Shown in pieces: positions 1 through 12,334 of a stretch of 64,000 nt of DNA. Where the stretch lies: NCBI GenBank assembly GCA_010909165.1, contig MU008170.1:372001-436000 (forward strand), written 5' to 3'. Each line of letters starts with the position of its first letter. Position 1 is the first letter of the stretch. The translations under genes were made by a program, and so were the position numbers. The notes below the pieces were generated by a model, which saw only the letters and a program-made list of their open reading frames with translations, did not search any database and was not told where the DNA came from. The DNA is from Anthoceros angustus. Its lineage: Eukaryota; Plantae; Anthocerotophyta.

Positions 1-244
1 TTCTGGATGTGCGCGTGTGATGGCGTCTTGAACATGTTGTTTAACCAGAGGACCTCATCGGACTCCTTGCACCGAATGTCAGGCGAGTGAGAGCTCCTCT
101 TACCTCGCTTAGTTTCCCACGCACAAGAGGGGAGTCCTAGGAAGTGGTGGTGGGAGGACGGTTACTTGGTGTGGTCACACTGAGAAGTGGTGGCCACTTA
201 AGTCCGCTACCTGAGTCCGGTAGTCCTATCTATTCAAATGGGTA

Positions 245-600
245 GGACTCAAGTCCTTGGTCTTTGGGGTTTCGAAAGGAACAGACTCAAGTCCTTGGTC
301 TTCGGGGTTTCGGAACGATGTTCTTTGGTCCTTGGGAAAGTAGCAAGTAGATAGAAGCCTATTTCGAGTCCTTGGTCTTCGGGGTTAGGAAGGATGTTCC
401 TTGGTCCTTGGGAAAATGGTATGTAGATAGAAACCTATTTCGAGTCCTTGGTCTTCGCGGTTTCAGAAGGATGTTCCTTGGTCCTTGGGAAAATAATATG
501 TAGATAGAAACCTATTTCGAGTCCTTGGTCTTCGGGGTTTTGGAAGGATGTTCCTTGGTCCTTGGGAAAGTAGCATGTAGATAGAAACCTATTTCGAGGG
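245..600. repeat. Tandem minisatellite, ~79-bp unit, about 4 copies
   Basis: Repeated gagtccttggtcttcggggtt..ggaaggatgttccttggtccttgggaaa..tagatagaaacctatttc. Confidence 0.85.
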
Positions 601-1208
601 CCGAGGAAGGCAACTTCCTTGAACCATGGGAATTCTGTTTTTCTAGATATTGCATGTAGGGCTATCTATGCATGTTAGGCAGACTGCAGGGGGTAAAATT
701 GGCCGAATCATCAAGGGCCTAGTGAGGACACGTATACAATCTCGCTACTCCATGGCTGGAGTAGTGAGTTCAACCCTAGGCCAGGGAGTATACCAGCACT
801 TGCAGCTGGGCTCCCTTCTATTGAAAAATTTTATAGCAACCTGTGAATCTAGGTAGGAATCCTAGTGTACTTCCTTTTGGATTGCAGCCTTGTGCAATTC
901 CAATGGAGATACACTAGGACAACTGCTTGATTGGCAGGCTACATATAAAGATTTGTAATACAATGATATGCAGAGTTCTTGCATATTAGCAGCACAAAGT
1001 CAGGCCTAATGAAATGGCCAATCCAGAGCGCCAGCAGTGGCAGCCTTGTCCTGCTGAGCTAATTTCTAATAGACGCAATAGGTATAGAGTTTCTGATAGG
1101 CCTACACTTGCTGATAATCTAAATAGTATGCCAGAATTGCTGAAAAAATCAGTCTTCAGAGGGATTTCACGAAGCATGGTTAGTCGTAACATCTGAAATG
1201 TAGAGGCA

Positions 1209-1370
1209 TGTTGAAATGTTGAAATGTTGAAATGTTGAAATGTTGAAATGTTGAAATGTTGAAATGTTGAAATGTTGAAATGTTGAAATGTTGAAATGTT
1301 GAAATGTTGAAATGTTGAAATGTTGAAATGTTGAAATGTTGAAATGTTGAAATGTTGAAATGTTGAAATG
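1209..1370. repeat. (TGTTGAAA)n 8-bp microsatellite, about 20 copies
   Basis: Perfect repeat visible; explains the spurious ISTFQHFN ORFs. Confidence 0.95.
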
Positions 1371-1449
1371 TCAGCTGCACATATTTGGATGAGGTTGAAG
1401 GACCTGCATGCAGGACATGAGTGTAATGGCAGCATTGAGGTGATTCGAC

Positions 1450-1735
1450 TGAAAAACACATAGGAGTATTTAGATCCTTAGCTGCTAAGGTTGAAGGATC
1501 TTATGGTGACCTTCTGAGTGAAGAGGAGCTCACACTTTGACTCCTCATCTCACTTCCAGAATCTTGATCTCATTTCCTGAGCTCAAACACAGCATCCCAA
1601 ACGCAAGCCAGAAGGTTAGCTGAAGCAACTGGAGTATGTGCCTACACAAGAAAACCCTGCAGATATATTAACGAAAGCTCTTTCAAAAGAGCTGCACGAG
1701 AAGCATGTTCGAGGTCTGGGGTTAGGAGAGTCTGG
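1450..1735 (+). mobile_element. Internally deleted Ty1/copia remnant (gag fragment next to RNase H end)
   Basis: EKHIGVFRSLAAKV..EEELTL*LLISLPES* (gag-like, with stops), then LEYVPTQENPADILTKALSKELHEKHVRGLGL (copia RNase H C-terminus). Confidence 0.75.
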
Positions 1736-1759
1736 AACTTTCCTATCTAACCCCAACTA

Positions 1760-2179
1760 GTGGACGAGGAGGCGGAAAGCGATTATGAGTGGGACAGTGA
1801 TGGTGGTAGTGATGACTGGGAAACCGATGAGGAGACTAGTGAACGTTGGGGAAAATTTCCCTTCCTCAAAGATGCGAAGAACGTGGAGTTCCCTGTTTCC
1901 AACGAGGAGTTTCCTCTGGCCTGGCTAGTTAGAAGGATTGAGGTCAGAAAGCCAAAGGTGCGCAACAAGTTTGATCCGCATTTCATGCTTTACTTGGTTG
2001 GGGAAGAGCTTGGTGATGACGGTTCTACCAGCGGAGCAGGCAATGGGGTGCAGAATTTGGTGTGTCCGACATTGTCGGAGGAAGTGGTGGAAGCAGTGTT
2101 GCTGCGGTTGCCGGTGGCAGCCCATTGCCGAGCTATGTGCAAGGCATGGCTTGCCCTGCTTACCGGAGTTAGCCAATAA
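1760..2179 (+). pseudogene. Truncated F-box paralog (acidic N-terminus plus F-box only)
   Basis: KNVEFPVSNEE..DPHFMLYLVGEELG..LSEEVVEAVLLRLP..CRAMCKAW matches the 12335 and 16734 genes; breaks off after the F-box. Confidence 0.85.
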
Positions 2180-2339
2180 AGGAAATTTCAGCCAGATTGT
2201 ACTTCGAGTGCAATCCCTAGACCCTGGGTACGTTGGGGGCCGAACAGGTCCGGAGAGTGCTGGACTAGTTCGTCGAGATGGGGTGATCTGGCGAGGGAGA
2301 GATATGGCCCGCTAAACGGAGGCTTGCCGAAATAAGTCC

Positions 2340-2421
2340 GCTCTCGACACATCCCCCTGCCACCAATTAATCCTACGTCACCTTGCAAGATTAATTGGTG
2401 GTAGGGGGATGTGTCGAGAGC
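2340..2421. repeat. 33-bp inverted repeat with 16-nt loop
   Basis: gctctcgacacatccccctgccaccaattaatc / gattaattggtggtagggggatgtgtcgagagc, one G-T pair. Confidence 0.9.
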
Positions 2422-2754
2422 TCTGGTGACGAGCTTCACTAACACACTGGTAGGTGCAGACTCGGACCGGACCTGACCTGACCTGACCTCAGGTGGTGCT
2501 CGAGGGTGAGCCCCAGCCCGAGGCCATCCTTGGTGGTTGCTAGTTGCGTTGTGGCCGATGTGTTGCGTTGGAGTTGCCGTTAGGTGGAGGTGAGAGTTGT
2601 GGAGAGAAGAATGCGGAGCTCAAGGGGTATCGGCGCCGAGGTGATAGGGTACGAGGACTGACGGAGGAACGTGTTGCTAAAACTATTCCAGTCTGCCAAA
2701 TGGAAATAGACTAAATCTATTTCCATCTAAATCTAAGTAAATAGACTTACCGTT

Positions 2755-2930
2755 TTAGGCCAAATGGACACACATTTATAAGAACGTCGTTATTAAGCAT
2801 CTGCGCTTGGATCGGTACTTAGATGGGGTGCCTAAAGGGAATGGATGCCCTTGGATCGGTACTTAGATGGGTCCCTAAAGGGAATGGATGTCCTTGGTCA
2901 CGTAGGTTAAGCACACCATGGTACAAGTTT
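2755..2930 (+). mobile_element. Short interspersed repeat, copy 1 (tail-less, internal duplication)
   Basis: ttaggccaaatggacacacattt..gtacttagatgggg..cacaccatggtacaagtt shared with copies at 11.5, 22.8 and 40.1 kb. Confidence 0.7.
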
Positions 2931-2965
2931 GTCAAGGAGTATCAGGTCTGCAGGATGGCAGAGGC

Positions 2966-2974
2966 TTAGGGTTT
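2966..2974 (-). promoter_or_regulatory. Telo-box (AAACCCTAA)
   Basis: ttagggttt about 80 bp upstream of the RNA methyltransferase ATG; motif is typical of plant translation/ribosome-biogenesis gene promoters. Confidence 0.5.
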
Positions 2975-3052
2975 AACTTCCCCCGTTGAAGGTGGTCTGT
3001 AGAGGAAGGGGCAATGTGGTGACAGAGATCATCCCGCAGCATTTGCCAAGGC

Positions 3053-5737
3053 ATGGCGGCCTTGAGGATCCACGCTTTTGTGACGTCTGCCAGATCATCC
3101 TTGTCAGCCTCGGCAACCTCGGCGAGGGGAAGAAATGGCGCCGCCTGGGTTCCTGTTCGCGCCTGCGTCTGCTTCGCTTCAGCTCAACCAGCCACTCTGG
3201 ACAGTGATGCTGCTGGACCGATGCTGGATCCGGAGGAGGATGAGATCAGCAGAAGTATGGGCCAAGGGATTTTGCCGGGTGACGAGAAGACAGGAAGAAA
3301 AGGATCCTCCAAAGGCTTTTTTCCCAAAAAAGGACAGGATTTAGAGCTGTTTTGCGAAAGTCTGGCTTTCAAAGGGATGGGTGTCTGCAAGGTGGCTGAG
3401 ACCGGGTTTGTGGTTTTGTGCGAGAGAGCACTGCCCGGAGAGCGATTGGTTGCTCGAGTTATTACGAAGAAGAGGGGATTTGCTCAGGTATGAATTGTTG
3501 TTCCTTACATGGAAGGAAGGACGCACGGCGAGGTAATAATCCGTGGACAGCTCTCTGTATTCCACAGGCTTATAAGTTGCGGACTCTCTCACCGCACGAT
3601 AATGCTGTTCCGGTTCCTTGTGCGCATTTTGGGAACTGTGGGGGTTGCAAGACACAGAACCTTGCATACAGCGCACAGCTTGAGTTGAAAAGGGAGCAGG
3701 TTCAGGAGCTCATTTCTCGGCTGGGCAAGTTTGGATTGAGTCCAGCTGAAAGCCCTGACAAACTGTATGTCGGTCCGATTGTGCCATGCGAATCCCAGTA
3801 CCACTACCGGAACAAGGTCTGAGCATCTTGCAAAGTCTGTTGTGAATGAATGTGCACTCGGTGGATATTATTTTGGTTCAGTACTTTGTGGAAGACTCTA
3901 ACCTGTAGCAAACGACCTGTAGTGGGGCCATAGATGGAGTTCTCGTATGGCACGCAAGAGTGGATACCAGCAGACGTTTTTCAAAAATCGCCTGCAGTAG
4001 ATCCAGGGGAGGCTGCAGAACCGGGAAGTAAACGCATAGGAGGATTCGCTCTGGGTCTACATGCACCCGGCCGGTTTGACAAAATTATTTCGATTCAAAA
4101 GTGCCTGCTGCAGCATGAAGTTGCAAACGAAGTAAGGCTCTTGTCTTTTTCGTCGTTTGATCTTCTGTTGTGTATAAGAGGAAGGCATTGTAAGAGGTGT
4201 GAGCCACTTGTGTGCAGGTCCTGGCCTCCGTGCGGAGGTACTGTGAGGACAACCGTCATGACATGCCAGCCTATGACGAGTTTAGCAAACAGGGTTTCCT
4301 GCGGCATTTGATGATTAGATCTGGCAGGTGTGTGAATATCGTGTGCTGGTAAACGTGTGCTCACTTTATCCGGGAGAATATATCACATTGGTACCCTTAT
4401 TACAATGTGCAGAGATTGTGAGACTGGAGAAGTACAACTCATGGTGGTTATTGTCACGAAGGAATACAAGCCAATGCTTCTGCAGCCGCTTGTGTCTCAG
4501 CTGACTACAGCATTTCCACAAGTGGTGAGTTGTGTTATTAAGATTGCTGTAATTTGAGGATGCTGATGTTCGAATTGATTGACGTACACTCTGCTTGTGC
4601 TTCGCTTATTGTAGTTTCTTCTTCGTACTCATGTTCTTACCTCAGGTGAGTATCATCAACAATGTGAACAGCTTGCTGGGGAACACTTCATTCGGAGAGC
4701 AAGAATACTTGCTACATGGGGTACCAACAATAACTGCCATGCTACGTGGTCTCATTTTTGAAATATCGTCAAGCTCATTCTTCCAGCCTAATACTGGTCA
4801 GGTGCGTTTCTAGGTGTGTTCCCTGTTGTGCGTCGCATTGGTCTTTGGGCTCATGTGCGTTTCACTAATTAGGCGTCTGGTCCCCAGGCAGAAGTGCTTT
4901 ACAAGCTGGTTGAGGATGCATGCAGTCTTAGGGCGGATAGAAGTGAGGTACTTCTCGATCTGTTCTGTGGCACCGGTACAATTGGTCTGACCATGGCGCA
5001 AAAGTGAGTGCTGTCTCTCTCTGGAGTAAGTTCTACCCTTTTGTTACCCCTTTTGCTTGAGATGAGCGATGTTGTCTCAGGTTACTGTAATCTAACACAT
5101 CCTGTGTAGAAAGCTGTAGATTAGTGGTGACACATGACCTGATCTTCCAGGCTGAAGCATGTCTATGGCTATGAGTTGGTTCCAGAAGCTGTGGCCGACG
5201 CACGCAGAAATGCCAAACGAAATAACATCCACAATGCCACTTTCGTCCAAGGAGACCTGAACAAACTGTCAGCTGATTTTGGGAGGGATCTACCGCAACC
5301 AGACGTTGTGGTCATCGGTCAGGCTACAACCCTAAGCCAGTGAGATTCCTCCCCTCTTTGTTTTCTGTTCTGGAATCACAAGCGTGAACTCCTTTTTGTG
5401 TTTGCAGACCCGAACAGGCCTGGCCTGCACGTGAAACTGTTGCAATTTTTGTTGAAGTTGAGGGCTCCTCGAATTGTCTATGTTTCATGCAATCCGGCGA
5501 CACTTGCCCGAGATCTGGATCTGCTGTGCCACGGCGATGTAAGTTCTCTTTCTGTGGGAAGCACTTTCCAAGGCAGTTGAGTTCCTTCGAGACAACTCAG
5601 CCGGCCTTTGGCGTGTGTGCATGCAGGGTGCTCTTGGTATCATAGGCGCCTACCGATTGGTCAGCGTGGTTCCCGTTGATATGTTTCCTCACACTCCACA
5701 CATCGAATGTGTGTCTGTTCTAACCCTGAGCCCCTGA
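3053..5737 (+). CDS. TrmA/RlmD-family RNA (uracil-5)-methyltransferase, TRAM domain, about 10 exons, probable organellar transit peptide
   Basis: [28 protein letters not shown] Fe-S motif, [59 protein letters not shown]; GT-AG introns. Confidence 0.92.
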
Positions 5738-5955
5738 ATTCAATAAAGATTCTGCCGTTTAATTGAATGAAAAGTCTCCTGTCGGTTAACGACGATAGCT
5801 CTGACAGCGTCGCACGAAGTGGGCATTGTGTCCAACTGCTGCCCCAACTCAACTGCTAACTGTTGCTTTCCTTCCGCTCGGAACCCTTCCGTCCGTCTGT
5901 AGAGGCACGTTGGAGGACGCGGCCATGCCGGCTGAGCTTGCCTGGAAGGATCGAC

Positions 5956-6913
5956 ATGGCACAGCGGCATGTAGCAGTCACGATGGATTACTCTCCCAGC
6001 AGCAAGTACGCCTTGACGTGGGCATTGGAGAACGTGGTGAAAGATAAGGACCACCTGGTGGTAATCGTGGTGAAAGCCAAAGACGGAAGCCCGGGATTGT
6101 GGGATGAGCAGGGATCTCGTGAGGATCGGATCTGTTGTGTGCAGCAGCAGGACTGAATTTGGGCATGTGTAGAGAAAACGGCAAGGCAGCGGTAAGATCT
6201 CTCACCAGAAATGCGTGTTTGGTTGCAGCCCTGATTCCGCTCAGCGAGTTCGCGGACGCGAGTCTGATGAAGCAGTACGACGTGGTGCCCGATGATGAGG
6301 TCATCCAGAGACTGGAAGCTGCCACGAAAGAGAGGAAGGTTCTGTACTTTCTGCCATCATGAGCAGCCCGAGCCTGGGACTTGTTGAGAAGAAGTTGAAC
6401 CTCCTGCTAACCCCTAGCTTTGTCCCAACCAAGGATTTTTCTCTGAATCGAAACCGGTTTGCAGCTCGTTGTGCTGGCTAAGATTTACTGGGGAGATGCC
6501 CGGGAGAAGATCATGGACGCTGTGGAGGAACACCCCATCCAAATGCTCATCATGGGCAGCAGAGGCTTGGGAACACTCAAGAGGTAAAACAACTGACTGT
6601 ACAATGTCCTGGTCGGTCTGTAGAAGATCCCCCCGCTCTCTTCTGTCACCTGTTGCCCAGATGCCCTGCTGCCTGCACACGGCACGGCATGGTACCGCAC
6701 GGCACGCAGGAACACCTGTAACTCCTTTTCTGATTTGTGGGGACTTCTTTTTGTGGCCGCTGCTGCTGCTGCTACTGCTGCTGCGAACCTTCGGTCTGGT
6801 TGCCAACTTTCCTTGTGCTGTGCAGGGCTCTGTTAGGGAGTGTAAGCAACTTCATCGTCAATAATGTTCCTTGCCCTGTCACAGTGGTGAAGATGCCTGA
6901 CCATGCTGCGTAA
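5956..6913 (+). CDS. Universal stress protein A-like, about 4 exons
   Basis: RHVAVTMDYSPSSKYALTWA, GDAREKI..LIMGSRGLGTLKR|ALLGSVSNFIVNNVPCPVTVVK. Confidence 0.92.
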
Positions 6914-7677
6914 GCACACAATCCGACAAACTTGTGTCGGAAGTTTCTGCCCCTCCCACAGTTTTTATACATAGCCTTATGTGGAACATGGCTGATGGTG
7001 AATGAATATCCAGAGATCCCAGAGCCGAAGCCGCAGCCGCAGCCGCAGCCAAAGGAAAGAATCATTTTCACAACTCTAAAGGCGGTCGTGACGAACTGAG
7101 ATGAAGATTGCCCCTTGACTTGTGTTGCAGACAATCCTTGCCGCTCACTGTTTGTCCCACGTAACCAAAACTGAAGAGTCTTCCAACTTCTCCACCAAGA
7201 GTAGCATGCCAGAGAGCCCCACTCTCTTACTCAACTACTATCCCTGGCCGTCAAGGTTCGCCACATGGGAAGTTGCAGATGCAGATGCAAATGCGGTCCA
7301 GTTTTTGTGGTGGTTGCCAGTCTTTGCTTTCACTGTGGGCAACTGGAACGGCATATTGCTACGTAAGCCATTGTAACCTTTTGCCCCTCTCCCCGGGATC
7401 CTTCCCGACGTCATCCAGCAACGAGGAGACAGAAGGGAACAAGTCATCAGCTGTGCGGGGACAGAACGTAATTATAAAAATCTTTACAAGAGAATGTGCC
7501 TCAAAACGGAGACAGCCTAGCAGCTATTCACACTTCTGCCTACCACCAACTACGACATTATTTACAGAACTGGTTGAGGAGCCGGCCCAATTGAGCAGCA
7601 GTTAAATGTTTTCTGCACATTTAGAATGGTGTGATGACTGGACAAGTAGGCATGTTTGTACACTTTGTACACTTCGT

Positions 7678-7729
7678 TTCCTTCCTTCCTTCCTTCCTTC
7701 CTTCCTTCCTTCCTTCCTTCCTCCCTTCC
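7678..7729. repeat. (TTCC)n microsatellite in the cytidine deaminase 3' flank
   Basis: Direct observation. Confidence 0.9.
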
Positions 7730-7760
7730 CTGGCAACAACCTGTATCGGGCACCGTAATG

Positions 7761-8873
7761 TCACAGAGGGCTGGGCACTGCACTGCCATGGTAGGCAAGG
7801 GACACATGAAATGCGCATCTGGGAGCAATTTTCTCCAGAGCAAGCCGAATTGTGCCTGCATGCTGCACTTTGGCTCCTACGAGCTCCACCATCACCGCCT
7901 GCACCAGGTCCTCGTAGCTCCCCCCTCCTTGTGTCACAAAAGAAATCAAAGCAGACTGCAGAGGGGACAGGCTGGGGTTGTAGGCCGCAGATTCCATATA
8001 AGATCCCCGAAACACCTTACCCTTGCTGCTCAGCAGAGCCAGTCCGGAAGGACATTTGCTGTAGGGCGCGTAAGCCACTTCCGCGGCCTCCAGAGCAGCG
8101 GCCTTGAGCTCAGACAAGGAGACAGAAGATGCGCTGCCGTTGCCGTTAGCATGCAAAAGGCATCTTTGCGCATCCTGAGAGTGAAGAAACAGCGAGGCAC
8201 GGCCGTTGAAGCCATTCCGTCCACTAGCGGCTGCTGTTGCTGCTGCTGCCAAAGAAATCCCTCCGTTTGAAGCCACCACAGGGAACACCACACGCCTCTG
8301 CTTCGTGTCATCCGCGGCCAGAAAGAGATTATTCACATGCGGCTCCAGCAGCAGAGGACAACCTTCCGCCAGCAAGTCCTGCGGCCCGAATCTGCGCGGC
8401 AGGAGATTAGGCAGCGAGTGCACCTCCACCTTGGGATCCACAATCACCAGCTGAACATCCGCGGCTCCCCGCAATTCCTGCAGAAACTGCCTGCAGTGGC
8501 CGCAGGGCGCGGCCGAGACGGCGATGAAGCGCAGCCGCTCCTCCCCGTGCTGCACAGCGTTGGCCACCAGGCATTGCTCCGCGTGCACGGAGTGGTTGAG
8601 CGGCAGGCCCGGGAATTCAAGATTCACGCCCCGGAACACGCGCCCGCTCACTCCCAGCCCGACCGCCCCGACGTGGAAGTCGGAGATGGGGGGCCGGGCC
8701 AGCGCCATGGTCGGCTTCACCAGGCTGGCAAGAAACATCTCCAAGGACAGTCCCGAGGCGCCATGCAGGCGCCTCACCTCGTCTGCCTCCAACAAGAAGG
8801 GCACCTCCATGGCCGCCTCCGCCTGCATCTCCGCGTCCACCTGGGGCAGCAACGCCGAGGCTTCAGGCGGCAT
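7761..8873 (-). CDS. CDA: Homodimeric (two-domain) cytidine deaminase, intronless
   Basis: PISDFHVGAVG, GVNLEF..HAEQ and PCGHCRQFL zinc motifs; second domain AYAPYSKCPSG..YMESAAYNPSLSPLQ; first ATG at 8873. Confidence 0.93.
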   Translation of the reverse strand: MPPEASALLPQVDAEMQAEAAMEVPFLLEADEVRRLHGASGLSLEMFLASLVKPTMALARPPISDFHVGAVGLGVSGRVFRGVNLEFPGLPLNHSVHAEQCLVANAVQHGEERLRFIAVSAAPCGHCRQFLQELRGAADVQLVIVDPKVEVHSLPNLLPRRFGPQDLLAEGCPLLLEPHVNNLFLAADDTKQRRVVFPVVASNGGISLAAAATAAASGRNGFNGRASLFLHSQDAQRCLLHANGNGSASSVSLSELKAAALEAAEVAYAPYSKCPSGLALLSSKGKVFRGSYMESAAYNPSLSPLQSALISFVTQGGGSYEDLVQAVMVELVGAKVQHAGTIRLALEKIAPRCAFHVSLAYHGSAVPSPL

Positions 8874-9904
8874 CCTGATGCGGCCTCTTGCGCATCCCGG
8901 CACCCAGGCTGTGGCTGGCAGGCGGCGCGCGAATTGGGAGGCGCACCACACCGCAGCGGTTGGCAGCCTAGCCTGCCTGCCTGTGCAATCTTTCTCTGTA
9001 GACGGACGGCAACGTGAACAAGAGGGGCCACGCGTGAAAGCTGCCAGCCACAGGAGCCTCTGCCTGGCCTGCCTTCCTGCCTCCCTGCCTGCCTGCCTGC
9101 CTGGTAGGATTATCACTCCACTCTATGCTCGCACTCCACTGCACTCTTTGCATACTCTTCTACAAATCACACAAAGGTAGCCCAGCCCCTTTTAATTTTA
9201 ATCCTATTGAACCTTGTGGTGGCGTATCACACTAATGTCTGTTTAGTGTTTGATTAGTATTAGTTAATTTAATTAGTTATTTTTAAATAAATAAACCATA
9301 TTAATTAATTTAAAATATTTATATTAATTAAGAGTATGTTAGCAATAGCTAACGAGATAAGCTCAAGTAATATACTTTAGCATATTCCTTGTATATTATA
9401 GTATATTCTTAGGATATTTCCGGCATATGCTGATGTAACAAGGATATCTTAGGAATGTGCCGATACCAAAGGCTAGTATATATAAGTCCTCTAGATATGC
9501 AATGCAAGAGTGGTGTGAGGAGGCCAAAGCTATGACTCCGCGAGCGATGTGTGAGGAATTTGCGTATTGTTCTCGTGGGGAGAGTGTGTTTGTGCCACGA
9601 CGTGCGAGCTACCCTCTCCTATTATTATTGGTTTGCATCTATACTTGCATATTAGATTGTTTTGCTTGGTTGTTGGCTAAGGAAGTGCTCATATGAATGC
9701 AAGTATTTACCTCGTGCGACAACATAGAATGAAGGTAGGTAGTATTGTGGAAAACTCCTCTTGTTAAGCTTTGCAAAATTAAGATTTGTCTCAGTTTGGA
9801 ATACGTGGTTGGCATGTCAAAAACCTGGTTGGTAAGAAATGGTTGGAAATGTGATATTTGTTATGGTTTATGATATTTGTTATCACCATATTTATATATT
9901 TATA

Positions 9905-9906
<2 letters not shown>

Positions 9907-9953
<47 letters not shown>
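9907..9953. repeat. (AT)n microsatellite
   Basis: Direct observation. Confidence 0.9.
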
Positions 9954-9959
<6 letters not shown>

Positions 9960-11029
9960 ACTCACTTGATTTTCATAGTATGACAATGCTTTTATGTTGT
10001 GATGTTTTCTTACCCTCTTACATCCGGTCTTGGAATCATGCACCACTTCCATTATATTGTGATATATGTATTCTCTACCTTACTACACTTAATTTGATAT
10101 ATGCAATGTGATCTTATTGCATTGCACATTGGATATATCAAATTCTTGTGATCAAATACATTGATCAATTTGATATATGCAATGTGATCTTATACAATAT
10201 ACACTTTGTATGCATATACAATATACACTTTGAAATAGGGCTTTAGGGTATAGTTAGCAATTTATTAAATTGTAAAGAATGCTTCCAAAAAGGAAAACTG
10301 GGAAAAAAGTTTACAGTTGCCGCATTCACTAGAGAAGGGTTTGTTAGAGAGTAACTCTTAAAGATAAGTAGTCTGCAATAATTCCCAGGATTAGTAGCTA
10401 CCTAATTAGAGCCTAGTAGTAGACTCCAATTGGGCATTTATTAATTTATACTCTTCATTGAGGAGATGATCTAGTGCTCTAGTACTCGGGGCCATTCCGC
10501 TACACCACCACTCGAAGTCGGAGCATTGAGCAACCAGCAATGCCAAATAAGTAAAACCGGATACAGTAACCAAGCATATATGGCTGACAATGAAGTAGAT
10601 CTCGGCCAGGTGATTTTAGATGTCCGGCCAGATCCTGCAAGGTCCTATTTTGCAAAGCTCGCAGTCCATTTACAGCATTTTGCAGGAAGGACGTTAGTGA
10701 AAGTTGCAATGCAATGTATTGGAGATTTGCATAGTCCAACAACATGTAAATTGAGCCAGAACGGTCTACGTAGTTTTCCGTGTCTTGCGTACAAGAAGTG
10801 CTTGAGGCGTATCGCGCCAAGAACCCGTGAACAACCGAATGTCATCGGGTTGCTTACTAAGTAAGCTATTTTATCTATCCTAAATTATGTTTATGGCTAA
10901 TCATTCAACGGAACAGGATGTGGGAACCCTAGGGCAAGCTGGGGACTAACCTAAGCTGGCCTACTACTTGTGCACCGGCTGTGTCGTCATGACGATGCTG
11001 CAGTCGGTGTTCACTCTACACTACTCTAG

Positions 11030-11312
11030 ATTCAAACATGTGAGGGTTATGAGTACAAGACAACATTTAGAACTAGGCATGGCCACTTCGAGTTCATCGT
11101 CATGCCTTTCCTCCTGACAAATGCTTCGCCCACTTTCCAATGTTAAATGCAGGAGATCCTGCTACCCTTGCTTGGCCATGGTACCGAGGTCTTCCTCGAC
11201 CACATACTCATCTATATGGTAGACCACGATGCCAATTATCAACTGGTCAAAAAGGTATTTGACTTACTACGCCAGCACAAACTACTAGCAAAACATAGCA
11301 AATGTGTGTTCA
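11030..11312 (+). mobile_element. Degenerate Ty3/gypsy reverse transcriptase fragment
   Basis: [58 protein letters not shown]; in-frame stop and degenerate YxDD. Confidence 0.85.
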
Positions 11313-11523
11313 ATAAAAATATTTAATTTTAAAATATCTAATATGCCTGCAAAAAAGTTAATCTATTGGGCAGCTTGACAGTTACATCAAGTCGAACAGC
11401 ATACGCCAAGTTTACGAATGGTAAGGATGCTTAGAGTTGGACTCTAATGGAATGCATACCTATTAATTTTTTAATAATAATATTTCTATTCATATATTTA
11501 GAGAACTTGTATTGTGATGGGAT

Positions 11524-11808
11524 GAAGAAGAAGAAGAAGAAGAAGAAGAAGAAGAAGAAGAAGAAGAAGAAGAAGAAGAAGAAGAAGAAGAAGAAGAAGA
11601 AGAAGAAGAAGAATTTTATTTAAGTACACTAAGGACTGATTTTAGTCATGGGACTCCTTACTTAACAACTTGTATCATGGTGTGCCTAAGCTACTTGCAC
11701 CAAGGGCATCCACTCCCTTTAAGCACCCCATCTAAGTACCGATCTAAGCTCAGGATGCTTAATCACGACGTTCTTATAAATGTGTGTCCATTTGGCCTAA
11801 GCCATTTG
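11524..11808 (-). mobile_element. Short interspersed repeat, copy 2, with a long (TTC)n tail (about 30 units)
   Basis: Reverse complement of the 40.1 kb copy; ends cttaaataaaa(ttc)n. Confidence 0.75.
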
Positions 11809-12334
11809 GTTTGGGAGACTCTGATAGTATAGCTCTCGAGAAAATCATATGTCTTAAAACATATGAGCTATGATAAATTACTTTTTCTTCTAATCTCCAT
11901 TTGAAAATATAGCTTTATATACAATCAATACCTTATCAATATATATTATTAGATATAATATATGGACCTTTTTTTCTACTTTATATATATAACATGACCT
12001 CTCACATTTTTTTTCTTGCGATTACACCCAGTCAAGCTAGCTCCCTTCTTTCAATCGTTTTTGTTCGAGACGGGCTACCACAACAGCCGACCTTACCAGG
12101 GGTATCTTAACCAGGTTAGTTGACAAGACCACCCGGGTCAAGAATCAATCAAACAAGAGTTAAGTCGAGACACCTGCCATCCTGCCCTAACAAATCCGGA
12201 CCCGCAATAGATTTCACTTCCTGCGGGCCGGAGCTGCCAGGCTACTCTGGGTGTCTCGGAACACAGACACAGAGGGCCAAGGATTTTAGGAATTTGCTGG
12301 AAGGATTTCAGGGAACTTGCGGGAGGCAGCAAAT

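Noticed and set aside
245-600. CRISPR-like repeat array
   Set aside because: No unique spacers, contiguous tandem units, eukaryotic context, no cas genes
986-1461. ORFs with ISTFQHFN repeats
   Set aside because: Translation of the 8-bp microsatellite
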